Assembly (NCBI RefSeq): GCF_004353825.1
Contig: NZ_SMNA01000008.1
Location: forward strand, 62,001-126,000
Origin: Occultella glacieicola
GTDB lineage: Bacteria; Actinomycetota; Actinomycetes; Actinomycetales; Beutenbergiaceae
DNA: 64,000 nt
Reading direction: 5' to 3'
This document shows, piece after piece, positions 40,390-51,438 of this stretch (within the stretch, counting starts at the first letter, position 1; each line of letters begins with the position of its first letter). Made by a program: the position numbers and the translations under genes. The notes under the pieces are model-generated. The model was not told where the DNA came from, made no database searches, and was given only the letters and a program-made list of their open reading frames with translations.

Positions 40390-41328
40390 ATGGCAAGTGA
40401 GATGAGCAAGGACCCACGAGAGTTGTACAGCCGCAGCGACGGGCCGGTGGACCTGCGCGACGGCGAGGTGCCGGTGCTCGTGCACGCCCTGCAGGGCGCG
40501 ATGGACGCCGGCCATGCGGGCCGCCTGATGGCTCGGCACCTGACCCGTAAGCTGCCGAGCGAGCGAGTCATCGACTTCGACGTCGACACGTTGCTGGACT
40601 ACCGCTCGCGCCGGCCCTCGATGGTCTTCGACGAGGGTGCCTGGACGTCGTACGAGGACCCCACGCTCGTGGTCGACCTGATCCGCGACGACGAGGGCGC
40701 GCCGGTGCTGCTCCTGCACGGGCTGGAGCCCGACCTGCAGTGGGAGCGTTTCGTCGCGGCCGTGCGCACCATCATCGACGACTTCGGTGTGACCACCACG
40801 ATCGGTGTGCACGGCGTGCCCATGGGGGTGCCGCACACCCGGCCGATGACGGTGACCGCGCACGCGACCCGGACGGACCTGATCGAGGGCCACCCGAACT
40901 ACTTCTCCAGCGTGCAGGTGCCCGGCAGTGTCTCCGCCCTGCTCGAGTTCCGGCTCGGCCAGGAGGGTCGTGACGCGCTCGGATTCGCTGTCAACGTTCC
41001 GCACTACCTGGCCCAGATGGAATACCCGCAGGCCGCGGCCGAGCTGGTCCGGCAGGTCTCCCGCAGCACCGGCCTGAGCCTGCCCGTGGGGGACCTCGAG
41101 GCGGCCGGCGCGAAGGTCACCGCGGAGATCGATCGCCAGGTGTCCGCGTCCGAGGAGGTCGGCGCGGTCGTCCACGCGCTCGAGAGCCAGTTCGACTCCT
41201 TCCTCAGCGCCAACGGTGACCCCGGTCGCGGGTCCCTGTCCGCGCCGGCGGAGGAGCTGCCGAGCGCCGACGAGCTCGGCGCCCAATTCGAGGCCTACCT
41301 CGCCGGCAAGGACGGCGAGGGCGACTGA
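40390..41328 (+). CDS. PAC2-family (proteasome assembly chaperone-like) protein
   Basis: [47 protein letters not shown]. Confidence 0.85.
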   Translation: MASEMSKDPRELYSRSDGPVDLRDGEVPVLVHALQGAMDAGHAGRLMARHLTRKLPSERVIDFDVDTLLDYRSRRPSMVFDEGAWTSYEDPTLVVDLIRDDEGAPVLLLHGLEPDLQWERFVAAVRTIIDDFGVTTTIGVHGVPMGVPHTRPMTVTAHATRTDLIEGHPNYFSSVQVPGSVSALLEFRLGQEGRDALGFAVNVPHYLAQMEYPQAAAELVRQVSRSTGLSLPVGDLEAAGAKVTAEIDRQVSASEEVGAVVHALESQFDSFLSANGDPGRGSLSAPAEELPSADELGAQFEAYLAGKDGEGD

Positions 41329-41584
41329 CGAGGCCGCTCCGTCCACCGATTCCTGCGAATCAGTGGAATTCTTGACCGGAGCCATGCCAGACTTGACGCT
41401 GTTGCAGGCGTTTCACTTACGTACGACCCGGGGCAAGCACAACCGGTGCAGGTCTCACGGACGCAGGAGTGGGGCCGTTGAGGTGCCACGAATCGTCCAC
41501 ACCGGCGTGGGGCGAAGCATTGCGGCATCACCGGGGTGGGCACAGGGTCCACCCCATCAATGTCCCCGGAAGGACACGCACAAC

Positions 41585-41788
41585 ATGGCACAGGGAACCG
41601 TCAAGTGGTTCAACGCTGAGAAGGGCTACGGCTTCATCGCCCAGGACGGCGGCGGCGACGACGTCTTCGTCCACTACTCGGCCATTCAGTCCGACGGCTA
41701 CCGCAGCCTCGAAGAGGCCCAGCGCGTCGAGTTCGAGATCACCCAGGGCCCGAAGGGCCCGCAGGCGGAGAGCGTTCGCGCCGTCTGA
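41585..41788 (+). CDS. cspA: Cold-shock protein
   Basis: [24 protein letters not shown]; long upstream leader. Confidence 0.95.
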   Translation: MAQGTVKWFNAEKGYGFIAQDGGGDDVFVHYSAIQSDGYRSLEEAQRVEFEITQGPKGPQAESVRAV

Positions 41789-41801
41789 TCTCGCTCGGTG
41801 G

Positions 41802-41834
41802 GAGGGTCCGCATCCATTCGGGTGCGGGCCCTCT
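41802..41834. terminator. Hairpin after cspA
   Basis: GAGGGTCCGCATCC-ATTC-GGGTGCGGGCCCTC (includes G-U pairs). Confidence 0.7.
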
Positions 41835-41879
41835 CGCATGTCCGGGGCGGACCGCCGTTCAGGACGAGCGGACGGTCGT

Positions 41880-42845
41880 TCAGGACGAGCGGTCGACGGC
41901 GGGGCCGACCACGCTGGCCGGGTCGCCTTCGGCCGTGGTTGCCGTGGTCGCTCCGGGCACAACGGTCGTGCCGCCTTCCTCCTCCGCCGCCGGGTCGACG
42001 AATGGGCGCGACGTCCCGATGAACGACTCCAGCACGGCCCCGTGGACCAGGCTGGCGGGTGCCGGCAGGGTGCGCACCCGCCGGTCCAGGTGCGCCAGGG
42101 GCAACGGCTCCTGGGACCCGACCAGCACCACGTTGCCGTACCGGCGGCCCTTCAGCACTCCCGGCTCCGCGATCACGGCGGTATGGGCGAACACCCGCGC
42201 CACGGTCGCCGCCTCCCGGCGGGCCAGGGGCAGGGGCGGGTGGTCCGCGGTGTTGGCCAGGTAGATCCCGGCGGGCGTGAGGGCCCGCGCCACCTCCCGG
42301 GTGAACTCCACGGTGCGCAGGTGCTCCGGGACCGCACGGCTCGCGAACGCGTCCCGGATGACCGTGTCGTAACTGTCCGCCCGGGCCGCCTCGGTGACGT
42401 GCCGGGCGTCGGCGATCCGGATCCGCAGTCGGGGGGACCGGGGCAGGTCGAACCAGTCCCGGACGTACTGGGCCAGGAGCGCGTCCACCTCGACGGCGAG
42501 CTGCCGGGACTCCGGCCAGGTCGCCTCCACGGCGCGGGCCAGCGCGCACCCGGCCGCACCGAGATGCAGGGCCCGGATCCCGGAGGCTCCGTTCCCACCG
42601 GGGAGTGATTCTTCGAGGGTGGCGAGCATCTGTTGCATGTACTCGAACATCAGCCGGCGCGGGTCGGCGAGATCGAGGTGCGAGCTCTCCACGCCGTCGA
42701 GCAGGACGAGCACCCCGTCCGGATCGGCGTTGTCGGTGGTCAGTTCTACAGTCGAGAGCGAGGTGGGAACCGGGCCGTTCGGCCACCGTGACCGCAGCGA
42801 TGGTGGGGCAGCGGCGCGGGGGCGCGGTGAACGGCGGCGGGCCAT
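41880..42845 (-). CDS. Spermidine-synthase-like SAM-dependent transferase
   Basis: DGVESSH, FEYM, LHLGAAGCAL, VEVD, DAF, HLRTVEF, GRRYGNVV. Confidence 0.8.
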   Translation of the reverse strand: MARRRSPRPRAAAPPSLRSRWPNGPVPTSLSTVELTTDNADPDGVLVLLDGVESSHLDLADPRRLMFEYMQQMLATLEESLPGGNGASGIRALHLGAAGCALARAVEATWPESRQLAVEVDALLAQYVRDWFDLPRSPRLRIRIADARHVTEAARADSYDTVIRDAFASRAVPEHLRTVEFTREVARALTPAGIYLANTADHPPLPLARREAATVARVFAHTAVIAEPGVLKGRRYGNVVLVGSQEPLPLAHLDRRVRTLPAPASLVHGAVLESFIGTSRPFVDPAAEEEGGTTVVPGATTATTAEGDPASVVGPAVDRSS

Positions 42846-42879
42846 GGACAGACCGTACCCCGTGACCGCGCCGCATCTC

Positions 42880-42908
42880 TTGACAGCTTCGAACAACCGT
42901 TCGATACT
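42880..42908 (+). promoter_or_regulatory. sigmaA promoter with a perfect LexA box spanning the spacer and overlapping the -10
   Basis: TTGACA (42880-42885)-N17-GATACT (42903-42908); TCGAAC-AACC-GTTCGA at 42889-42904. Confidence 0.88.
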
Positions 42909-42982
42909 GGATGGAACATCGAACGATCCGGGCGGTGCACAGGTCGGGTTGATCGGATGGGGAACGGGACGGAGGCAGGCGG

Positions 42983-43405
42983 ATGGCGACATACACGAGT
43001 CCGGAGCAACTCCTGCGCCGCGCGCAGGCGGAGCTCGACGAGGTCGGCGCCGGCACCGGTGCCCGGTTCACCTTCCTGCATGCCCACATGGCCGGGCTTC
43101 GGGCGGCCGCCGCGGTGGTAGCGGTCGGGAGCGGTGGCGCGGGCCTGCCCGCGCGGCGGCGGCACGCGGTGCGCAGTGTCTGGGAGCAACTCGCCGAGGC
43201 GGGCGAGCAGTGGCAGCCTTGGGCCGTGTACTTCGCGGGCGGCGCGCCGATCCGGGCGGCCATCGACTCCGACCGGGACGTCTCGCTGTCGGTGGAGCGG
43301 GCCCAGGAGGCGTTCGAGGCGGCCACCGAGTTCCTCGGGCTGGCCGCCGAGCACGTACGCCGGGCCACGCCCGGGGACCTGCGCGTGGCCGCGCTGGCGT
43401 CATGA
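42983..43405 (+). CDS. SAV_6107-like HEPN-domain protein
   Basis: AHMAGLRAAAAV...RSVWEQL...WAVYFAGGAPIRAA...ATEFL pattern; RBS GGAGG. Confidence 0.7.
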   Translation: MATYTSPEQLLRRAQAELDEVGAGTGARFTFLHAHMAGLRAAAAVVAVGSGGAGLPARRRHAVRSVWEQLAEAGEQWQPWAVYFAGGAPIRAAIDSDRDVSLSVERAQEAFEAATEFLGLAAEHVRRATPGDLRVAALAS

Positions 43406-43412
43406 GTAGCCG

Positions 43413-44660
43413 ATGAGCCGCGGTCCGCGCGACGCCGCGGCCAACCGGGACTGGGGCGGCGACGACTCGAGCGCCCCGATCCTGCATGTGGACATGGACG
43501 CCTTCTTCGCCGCGGTCGAACTGATCGACCGCCCGGAGCTGCGTGGTCGCCCGGTGATCGTCGGCGGTCAGCACCGTGGCGTGGTGCTGTCGGCGACCTA
43601 CGAGGCCCGGGCCAGCGGGGTGCACTCGGCGATGCCGATGGCGCAGGCGCGGGCGTTGTGTCCACAGGCGGTCGTGATCGCGCCCGAGCACGGACGCTAT
43701 CGGGAGGTGTCCCAGGCGGTGATGCGGATCCTCGGCGAGGTCACCCCGGTGATCGAGCCGCTGAGCATCGACGAGGCGTTCCTCGACGTGTCCGGAGCCA
43801 GGCGGCGGATCGGGCCGCCACGACTGATCGCCGAGCAGATCCGCGAGCGGATCCGGTCCGAGTTGGAGGTGGTCGCCTCGGTGGGGATCGCCTCCACGAA
43901 GTTCGTCGCGAAGCTGGCCTCCAGCCACGCGAAGCCGGACGGCCTGTTGCTGATCCCGCACGAGGCGAGCGTGTCGTTCCTGCACTCGCTCCCGGTCGGC
44001 GCGCTCTGGGGTGTCGGCGAGCGGACCCAGGCGAATCTCGCCCGGCTCGCCATCCATACGGTCGCCGACCTCGCCCACACCCCGCCGGCCACGTTGAACC
44101 GGCTGCTCGGCAACTCCGCCGGTCAGCGGCTGTACGACCTGGCCTGGGGGCGCGACCCGCGGCCGGTGCAGCCGGTCCGCCAGGAGAAGTCGATCGGTCA
44201 CGAGCAGACGTTCGCGACCAACCTCAGCGGGCGGGCGGAGATGGCCGCCGTGCTGCTCGACCAGGCGCACCGGTGCGCCGCCCGGTTGCGTGCCGGCGAC
44301 CTCGTCACCGCGGGGGTCTCGATCAAGGTCCGGTTCGCGGACTTCACCACGCTCACCCGCTCGCGCGGCCTCGAGGCGCCCACCGACGTGGCACACGAGC
44401 TCTATCAGGCCGCGCGATCGCTGCTCGCCGGCGTTGACATTCCGCCCGGGGGAGTGCGGCTGCTCGGTGTTCGATGCGACGCTCTCAGCGATTCTGCGAC
44501 CACGGTGGTGCAGGCACGCCTCGACGATCCGGGGGAGGAACGGCGAGAAGCGGAGCGTGCGATGGACGCGGTTCGAGCCCGATATGGAGTGAATGCCCTC
44601 ACAGCGGGGTCACTGCTGTCCGTTCCGGCTACCGCGAACCGCTCAGGGGACTTAAACTAA
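43413..44660 (+). CDS. dinB: DNA polymerase IV (Y family)
   Basis: ILHVDMDAFFAAVE, ATYEAR, LSIDEAFLD, AKLAS...KPDG, KVRFADF. Confidence 0.96.
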   Translation: MSRGPRDAAANRDWGGDDSSAPILHVDMDAFFAAVELIDRPELRGRPVIVGGQHRGVVLSATYEARASGVHSAMPMAQARALCPQAVVIAPEHGRYREVSQAVMRILGEVTPVIEPLSIDEAFLDVSGARRRIGPPRLIAEQIRERIRSELEVVASVGIASTKFVAKLASSHAKPDGLLLIPHEASVSFLHSLPVGALWGVGERTQANLARLAIHTVADLAHTPPATLNRLLGNSAGQRLYDLAWGRDPRPVQPVRQEKSIGHEQTFATNLSGRAEMAAVLLDQAHRCAARLRAGDLVTAGVSIKVRFADFTTLTRSRGLEAPTDVAHELYQAARSLLAGVDIPPGGVRLLGVRCDALSDSATTVVQARLDDPGEERREAERAMDAVRARYGVNALTAGSLLSVPATANRSGDLN

Positions 44661-44711
44661 GTTTCAACAGCCCCGGCACCGGGGCGGTCCGGAACCCTTT
44701 TGGGAGGTGAC

Positions 44712-45095
44712 ATGCCTCTCTCTGAGTACGAGCAACGCGTGCTGGAGCAGATGGAGCAGCAGTTGCGCTCCGACGACCCCAAACTCGCGGACGCCATCTC
44801 CGGCACCCCGACGCGCCGGCCCTTGCACGTGGTGCTCGGCACGCTCGTGGCGCTGGCCGGGCTGGGCATGCTCGTTGGCGGAGTGGCCAGCCAGTTCATA
44901 CCGCTCGGCATCGTCGGATTCCTCGCCATGTTCGGTGGCGTCATGTGGGCGATCTCTCGTCCGCGCGCAGGGAGTCCGTCGAAAGCAGGTGATCCCGGCA
45001 AGGCCTCGAACGTGCGCCGGATGAAGCCGCGGAAGTCCTCGTTCATGACCCGGCTCGAGGAACGCTGGGACCGGCGCCGCGGCGAGGGTCAGTAA
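44712..45095 (+). CDS. DUF3040 membrane protein
   Basis: MPLSEYEQRVLEQMEQQLRSDDP, two TM helices, FMTRLEERWDRR. Confidence 0.85.
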   Translation: MPLSEYEQRVLEQMEQQLRSDDPKLADAISGTPTRRPLHVVLGTLVALAGLGMLVGGVASQFIPLGIVGFLAMFGGVMWAISRPRAGSPSKAGDPGKASNVRRMKPRKSSFMTRLEERWDRRRGEGQ

Positions 45096-45303
45096 CGGTA
45101 CGACCCGGCTCGAACTCAGAGGTGGTCTGCCCACACGGGTGGGGTCGCGCCGTCGCGACCCCGACTGGCGAGCATCCTGCACGTCGCGCGCCGCATCTCG
45201 CTCGCGTGCTCACCGGTGGACCGTTGCTCGCTGGGGCGTGCTCGGTGATGAGTGTCGGCTGTGCGCACTGGGGGCCGTGCTCGGTGGTGAGCCTCGGCCG
45301 TGC

Positions 45304-47481
45304 TCAGTGGGGCGTGCCGACCGTGCGCTCCTCGGGGACCGCTCCGGCAGGGCCGGCCGACTTCGCGCCCGCCACCACCTGCTCCGCCCAGAGGTCGATG
45401 CTGACCGGGTCCGCCGCCGGGGCATCGGAGCGCCCGTACCGTTCGAGCGCGACGGCCTCCGCCAACCGAGCGAGCGCGTCCGCCGCTTCCGGACCCAGGC
45501 GGTCCGCGGCCGCATGCGCGAGCACGCGCGGGGTCAGTGTGGGCGAGGTGTCGAAGCCGGCCCGGTCGAGGGCCCGGAGCGCACGCTCCCAGTGATGCTC
45601 CACGGTCCCGCCCGAGGACCGTCGGCGGCGCCAGGCACCGACCGCCGCGGCCAGGACCACCAGCCCGGCGAACGCGGCGAGGACCACGGCGACGTTCGAG
45701 CGTTGCGCGCTCGAGGAGTCCGGCGGGGTACCTGTCGGGGTGGTGGTGGCCTGGTCGGAGGTCGGGGCCTGCGACGGTGCTGCCGTGGTCGGTGCCTGGC
45801 TCGCGGTCGGCTCCTGGCTCGGTGTGTCGCCGGTGACGGGCGTCGGCGCCCAGGCCGGGGCGTCGCCGGACTGCAGGCTCGGTGTCGGCTCGAACCGGAC
45901 CCAGCCCACCTCCGGGAACAGGACCTGGGGCCAGGCGTGGGCGCGGTGCGCGCTGATTCCGTTGGCGCCCGACTCGAGCGGCTCGCCCGGCAGGAAGCCG
46001 ATCGCGACCCGGGTGGGGATGTCGAGCGTGCGCAGCATGATGGCCATCGCCGTCGCGAACTGCACGCAGTACCCGTGCCGGTCGTTGAGGAAGTCCCAGA
46101 CCGCGTCCGTGGTGCTGGCCCCTTCGATGGTCTGCGTGTACGTGAACAGGGAGTCATCGCGCAGGAAGTTCTGGATCGCGAGCGCCTGTTCGTAGGGTGT
46201 TGTGGCGCCGGCCTCGTCGACGACGTCCCGGGCCACGTCGGCGATCTCCTGGCCGTACCCGGTGTCGGGGACGGCCAGCAGGTCCGGGTCGACGTCGAGC
46301 GTGCGCGGATCGAGGGGATCGAGCACGGCCGCGCTGAGATCGCGCGGCGTGAACTCCACGTCGTAGGTGAACGGTGACGGCGGTGAACCCTGCGCGATCA
46401 CCTCGTCGGCCACCGGGTCGTAGGCCCAGGTCCCCTCGACGGAAACCGTGCGCGGCTCACCCGGCACGAGCAACCGGTCCTGGCCGAGGTCGTGGATGGA
46501 GATCGTCACGCTCTGATCGGCCCCGCCGACGGGCTGGTCCTGCGGCCACAGCGTCTGCCCCTGCACGGGCACCGTCTCACCCGGAGCCTCACGCTCCCAG
46601 GTGCTGCCGTTGAAGGTGGTCAGCGTGTAGGCCTGCAGGGGGCCGAGCTGGGCCGGTGTGACGCCCTCGTAGGTGACCAGGAGCACGTCCTCGTCACGTT
46701 CCAGGTTCGCCCGCAGGTCCAGCCCGAGGTCGAGGCGGGTGGAGTTGGACGAACTCAGGTCGTAGAGGGTGTGCAGGCGGACCGGGCTGGGCACCCGGAG
46801 CAGCCCGGGCGCGGCGGCGAGTGCCACCAGAAGGCTCGCCGTCACCACCGTGGCACCGGCCACCAGCGCCCGGCGGCGTACCGACTCGGTTTCGTGACGC
46901 CGCGCACGGGGTGCCGACTCATGGGCCCGGGCCTGGATGGCGAGCAGCATCAGGAAGCTGAGGCCGGCCACGACGAACACCCAGGTGTGGACCCGCGCGC
47001 CGATGATCACCGGGACGGTCCACAGACCCAGGAGGGGCAGGGCCGCCCACGCGGGCGCGCCGGCGCCCACCCCCAGGAGCTCAGCGAACAGGTAGACGAC
47101 CAGCATTCCGGTCACCACCAGCAGCGCCACCCCCGGGTCGCCGGTGATCGGCGGGGTGGACTCCCGGGAGGCGACCAGGCCCGACTCGACGAGCCCTCGC
47201 AGCTCGTCGATGGAGGCCCTCGTGGGCAGGATCCCGAGCAGGGCCGCGCGCGGCGCGAACATCGCCGCGAGGGCGAACGCCCCCACCACCAGTCCGATCA
47301 GCGTGGGTACGACGTCCGAGCGCAGGAACCGGCGTGCGCACAACACCGCGGCGGCCACGATGAGGATGGCGAGGACGCCCTGCCGCAACCACGCGTCGGG
47401 ATCGACGAGCCGCACCAGCGCGAACGTGGAGGACACCGTGGCGACGAGGACGGCGATCGTGGCCTGGAGCCGGCGCGTCAT
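45304..47481 (-). CDS. Membrane transglutaminase-like protein (TgpA/DUF3488 type)
   Basis: N-terminal TM bundle; GYCVQFATAM, HAWPQV, WVRFEPTP. Confidence 0.88.
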   Translation of the reverse strand: MTRRLQATIAVLVATVSSTFALVRLVDPDAWLRQGVLAILIVAAAVLCARRFLRSDVVPTLIGLVVGAFALAAMFAPRAALLGILPTRASIDELRGLVESGLVASRESTPPITGDPGVALLVVTGMLVVYLFAELLGVGAGAPAWAALPLLGLWTVPVIIGARVHTWVFVVAGLSFLMLLAIQARAHESAPRARRHETESVRRRALVAGATVVTASLLVALAAAPGLLRVPSPVRLHTLYDLSSSNSTRLDLGLDLRANLERDEDVLLVTYEGVTPAQLGPLQAYTLTTFNGSTWEREAPGETVPVQGQTLWPQDQPVGGADQSVTISIHDLGQDRLLVPGEPRTVSVEGTWAYDPVADEVIAQGSPPSPFTYDVEFTPRDLSAAVLDPLDPRTLDVDPDLLAVPDTGYGQEIADVARDVVDEAGATTPYEQALAIQNFLRDDSLFTYTQTIEGASTTDAVWDFLNDRHGYCVQFATAMAIMLRTLDIPTRVAIGFLPGEPLESGANGISAHRAHAWPQVLFPEVGWVRFEPTPSLQSGDAPAWAPTPVTGDTPSQEPTASQAPTTAAPSQAPTSDQATTTPTGTPPDSSSAQRSNVAVVLAAFAGLVVLAAAVGAWRRRRSSGGTVEHHWERALRALDRAGFDTSPTLTPRVLAHAAADRLGPEAADALARLAEAVALERYGRSDAPAADPVSIDLWAEQVVAGAKSAGPAGAVPEERTVGTPH

Positions 47482-48647
47482 CAGTGCGCCCCCACCGTGA
47501 GCACGTCGGACCAGGCGTCGACGATCGAGGCGTCGGGACCCACCTGGTGCACGCTCCAGCCCTCCGACTCGAGCGGGCCGAGGTCGGTGCCGGCGACCGT
47601 GGACACCACCAACGCGAAGCAGCGGCGCCGTCCGGCCAGCGGCGCGATCCGGTCGATCAAGGCCTCCTCGGGCTCACGGAGCACCACCATGAGGATGGGT
47701 GCACCCTGGTCGCGGGCCCGCCGCATGAGTTCGGCGTGGACGTCGTCACGGATGTCGGTGGGGATAGCCCCGGCCCGGGCGAGCAGGTCGAGAGCCTCCG
47801 TCTGGGACGGTCCGACCAGTGGCTCGTCGCTCTCCCCGCCGCGGGTCGAGTGGTGCGTGGCGATCCGGACCCGGTACCGGTGCCGGATCAGCGAGACGGT
47901 CATGGCCGCGGTGGCGCTCACCGCCCACTCGGTGCCGTTCTCGGGGGAGTCGTCCTCGGCGGCGCCGAGGTCGAGGACCACGTCCACGCCGTGTGTCGTC
48001 GACGGCTCGTCCTGACGGACCATGAGGGCGCCCTGACGCGCTGAGCTGCGCCAGTGCACGCGATGCAGGTCATCGCCACGCTGGTACTCGCGAAGCGACA
48101 GGTCCTCGAGGTTGCGCTGCGGGCTGCCCTGGGGCCTGGAAACGGCGGCGTCGAGCGTCACCGCCCGGACCTCTTGGGTGAGGTCGGGGTAGCGGGGCCA
48201 GACGATGACCTCGTCCGTCGGGCCGCTGGTGGCCCGCCACCGGACCAGGTTGAGTGGGTCGGAACGGTGGACGGTCGCGGGGCCGAGGGAGTACACGCCG
48301 CGGCTCGGCGGGGTGATCGTGTAGCCGCCTCCGCTGGTCCCGCTCCGGTGCAGTGCGCTCGGCACCCGCTCGCGCAGGGTCGTCCACGGCCCGAGTCGCA
48401 CGTCGGTGGTGTGCAGCCGGACCGTCGCACTCACGCCGGCCGTGGGGCGCTGCGGGATGATCGTGCGGACCACGGCGGCCGGTTTGGCCGCAGCCCGGGC
48501 GAGTACCGCCCAGAGCAGGCTCACCAGCGGCACGGCGATCACGAGTCCCGCGATCCGGGCCAGCGTGAGCGAGTGCATCGACGCCGAGAGCACCGTCAGC
48601 ACCGCCCCGCTGACCAGCAGACCGATCGCGCGGGCGCTCAGTCGCAT
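47481..48647 (-). CDS. DUF58 protein
   Basis: RGVYSLGP, REYQRGDDLHRVHWRSSAR, LMVRQDE. Confidence 0.88.
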   Translation of the reverse strand: MRLSARAIGLLVSGAVLTVLSASMHSLTLARIAGLVIAVPLVSLLWAVLARAAAKPAAVVRTIIPQRPTAGVSATVRLHTTDVRLGPWTTLRERVPSALHRSGTSGGGYTITPPSRGVYSLGPATVHRSDPLNLVRWRATSGPTDEVIVWPRYPDLTQEVRAVTLDAAVSRPQGSPQRNLEDLSLREYQRGDDLHRVHWRSSARQGALMVRQDEPSTTHGVDVVLDLGAAEDDSPENGTEWAVSATAAMTVSLIRHRYRVRIATHHSTRGGESDEPLVGPSQTEALDLLARAGAIPTDIRDDVHAELMRRARDQGAPILMVVLREPEEALIDRIAPLAGRRRCFALVVSTVAGTDLGPLESEGWSVHQVGPDASIVDAWSDVLTVGAH

Positions 48648-48657
48648 GTCGCGGCCC

Positions 48658-49620
<963 letters not shown>

Positions 49621-49763
49621 GACCAGAGCCTATTAGGAACACACCCCCCGCGTTCGGTGAAGCAACGCGCGGTTCGGTGACCACAGGTTCCTCCACTTCC
49701 CACCACCGGCGCTGACCTGCACGATTGCACGGGATCTTCACGACTTGATCGGCAATCTGCCTT

Positions 49764-49794
49764 GTGGGTGGAGCAAAGTGGAGTAGCGTGGGGG
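49764..49794 (+). promoter_or_regulatory. MraZ-binding direct repeats
   Basis: GTGG at 49768, 49778 and 49788 (10-bp period) upstream of mraZ. Confidence 0.75.
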
Positions 49795-49824
49795 TATCCG
49801 GAGTGATGTGGGAAGGGGGTGGCG

Positions 49825-50253
49825 ATGTTTCTCGGTACGTACGAGCCACGGCTGGACGAGAAGGGCCGCCTGATCCTGCCCGCCAAGTTCCGCGAGGAGA
49901 TGGCGCCGGGAGTGTTCATCACCCGGGGCCAGGACCGCTGTCTGTACGCCTTCCCCCGCGATGAGTTCGAACGTGTCCACACCGAGCTCCGGCAGGCCTC
50001 CAGCGCGGACAAGCGCACCCGCGACTACATGCGGGTGTTCCTGTCCGGGGCGTCCGAGGAGATCCCGGACCGGCAGGGACGCGTGACGATCCCCGCGAAC
50101 CTGCGCAAATACGCCGGTCTGAACCGGGAACTGGCCGTGATCGGTACCGGCACCCGGATCGAGATCTGGGACTCCGAGGCGTGGGCCACCTACCTCGAGG
50201 CATCCGAGCAGGCCTTCGCCGACATCAGCGAGGAGGTGATCCCGGGTCTCTGA
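49825..50253 (+). CDS. mraZ: Division/cell-wall cluster regulator MraZ
   Basis: [27 protein letters not shown]. Confidence 0.97.
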   Translation: MFLGTYEPRLDEKGRLILPAKFREEMAPGVFITRGQDRCLYAFPRDEFERVHTELRQASSADKRTRDYMRVFLSGASEEIPDRQGRVTIPANLRKYAGLNRELAVIGTGTRIEIWDSEAWATYLEASEQAFADISEEVIPGL

Positions 50254-50270
50254 CGCACCACCGCCCCACG

Positions 50271-50330
50271 AGGTCTCTCACCGCGACTCTGACGCACTTC
50301 CCCGGCGCCAGAGCAGGCGGGGGGAGTCCT
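50271..50330 (+). ncRNA. mraW RNA motif-like hairpin
   Basis: CTCTGACGC-A-CTTCCCC-G-GCGCCAGAG hairpin with CUUCCCC loop between mraZ and rsmH; outer stem extension. Confidence 0.7.
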
Positions 50331-50367
50331 GGTCGGGCGGCGGAGGGCCTCCCGACCACCCACTCAC

Positions 50368-50420
50368 TCCACTTCCCACCACCAGTCCACTTCCCACCAC
50401 CAGTCCACCTCCCACCACCG
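50368..50420. repeat. Three copies of an 18-bp tandem repeat TCCACTTCCCACCACCAG
   Basis: Units at 50368, 50386 and 50404; identical 16-mer also at 49692-49707. Confidence 0.9.
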
Positions 50421-50448
50421 ATCCGGCCGAGCTCCGCAGGAAGGCCCC

Positions 50449-51438
50449 ATGAGCACCGAGGACATCGACGGCAGGCACATCCCGGTGCTCGCCGACCGGT
50501 GCCTCGAGCTGCTCGGGCCGGCGCTGGCCGAGCCCGGAGCCGTTTACGTGGACGGCACTCTCGGCCTCGGTGGGCACAGTGAACTCGTGCTGTCCGCCTT
50601 TCCGCAGGCACGCGTCATCGGCATCGACCGCGATCCGGCCGCCCTCGCCCTGGCGGCACGCCGGCTGGCGCCGTTCGCCGACCGCTTCACCCCCGTCCAT
50701 GCCGTCCACGACGCGATCGGGGAGGTGGTCGCCGATCACACCGAGACCGGGCGGGTCCAGGCGATCCTGCTCGACCTCGGCGTCTCCTCGATGCAGCTCG
50801 ACGAGGCCGAGCGGGGCTTCGCCTACGCCCAGGACGCACCCCTGGACATGCGCATGGACCAGACGACCGGCCGCACCGCGGCCGACCTGCTCGCGCAGGA
50901 GCCGGAGCAGGAACTGCGCACGATCCTGTACCGCTACGGCGAGGAGAAGTTCGCGCCGCGGATCGCGAGGGCGATCGTCGCCCGGCGTGACAGCGACCCG
51001 GTGACCCGTTCCGGCCAGCTGGTCGACCTGGTCCGCGACAACATCCCGCAGGCTGCCCGGCGCACTGGCGGGAACCCCGCCAAACGGACCTTCCAGGCCC
51101 TGCGGATCGCGGTCAACGCCGAGCTCGAGGTGCTCGAGCGCGCGGTGCCGGCCGCCGTGGACACCCTCGCCGTCGGCGGACGCATCGTCGTGATGTCCTT
51201 CCAGTCCTTGGAGGACCGGATCGTCAAGCGGGCACTGGCCCGCGGGGCGACGTCCTCCACCCCACCGGGTCTCCCGGTGGAACTGCGTGAGCACGAGCCG
51301 TACCTGCAACTGCTCACCCGCGGCGCCGAGGAGGCCGATCAGGCCGAACAGGCCCGCAATCCCCGCTCGGCGTCGGTCCGGCTTCGGGCCGCCGAGCGGC
51401 TGCGCCCCACCCCCACCCACCTGGAGGCCCACCAGTGA
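50449..51438 (+). CDS. rsmH: 16S rRNA m4C1402 methyltransferase
   Basis: [40 protein letters not shown]. Confidence 0.97.
   Translation: MSTEDIDGRHIPVLADRCLELLGPALAEPGAVYVDGTLGLGGHSELVLSAFPQARVIGIDRDPAALALAARRLAPFADRFTPVHAVHDAIGEVVADHTETGRVQAILLDLGVSSMQLDEAERGFAYAQDAPLDMRMDQTTGRTAADLLAQEPEQELRTILYRYGEEKFAPRIARAIVARRDSDPVTRSGQLVDLVRDNIPQAARRTGGNPAKRTFQALRIAVNAELEVLERAVPAAVDTLAVGGRIVVMSFQSLEDRIVKRALARGATSSTPPGLPVELREHEPYLQLLTRGAEEADQAEQARNPRSASVRLRAAERLRPTPTHLEAHQ

Noticed and set aside
37492..41385. Very long ORFs of 1278 aa (+) and 1128 aa (-)
   Set aside because: Antisense shadow frames in high-GC DNA joined to the real PAC2 (40390-41328) and helD (37999-40212) genes
43382..43405. ssrA-like C-terminal degron (AALAS) on the HEPN-like protein
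   Set aside because: Several unrelated proteins here end in -AS, so it is not specific evidence
50368..50420. Possible mini-CRISPR
   Set aside because: Contiguous 18-bp tandem with no spacers
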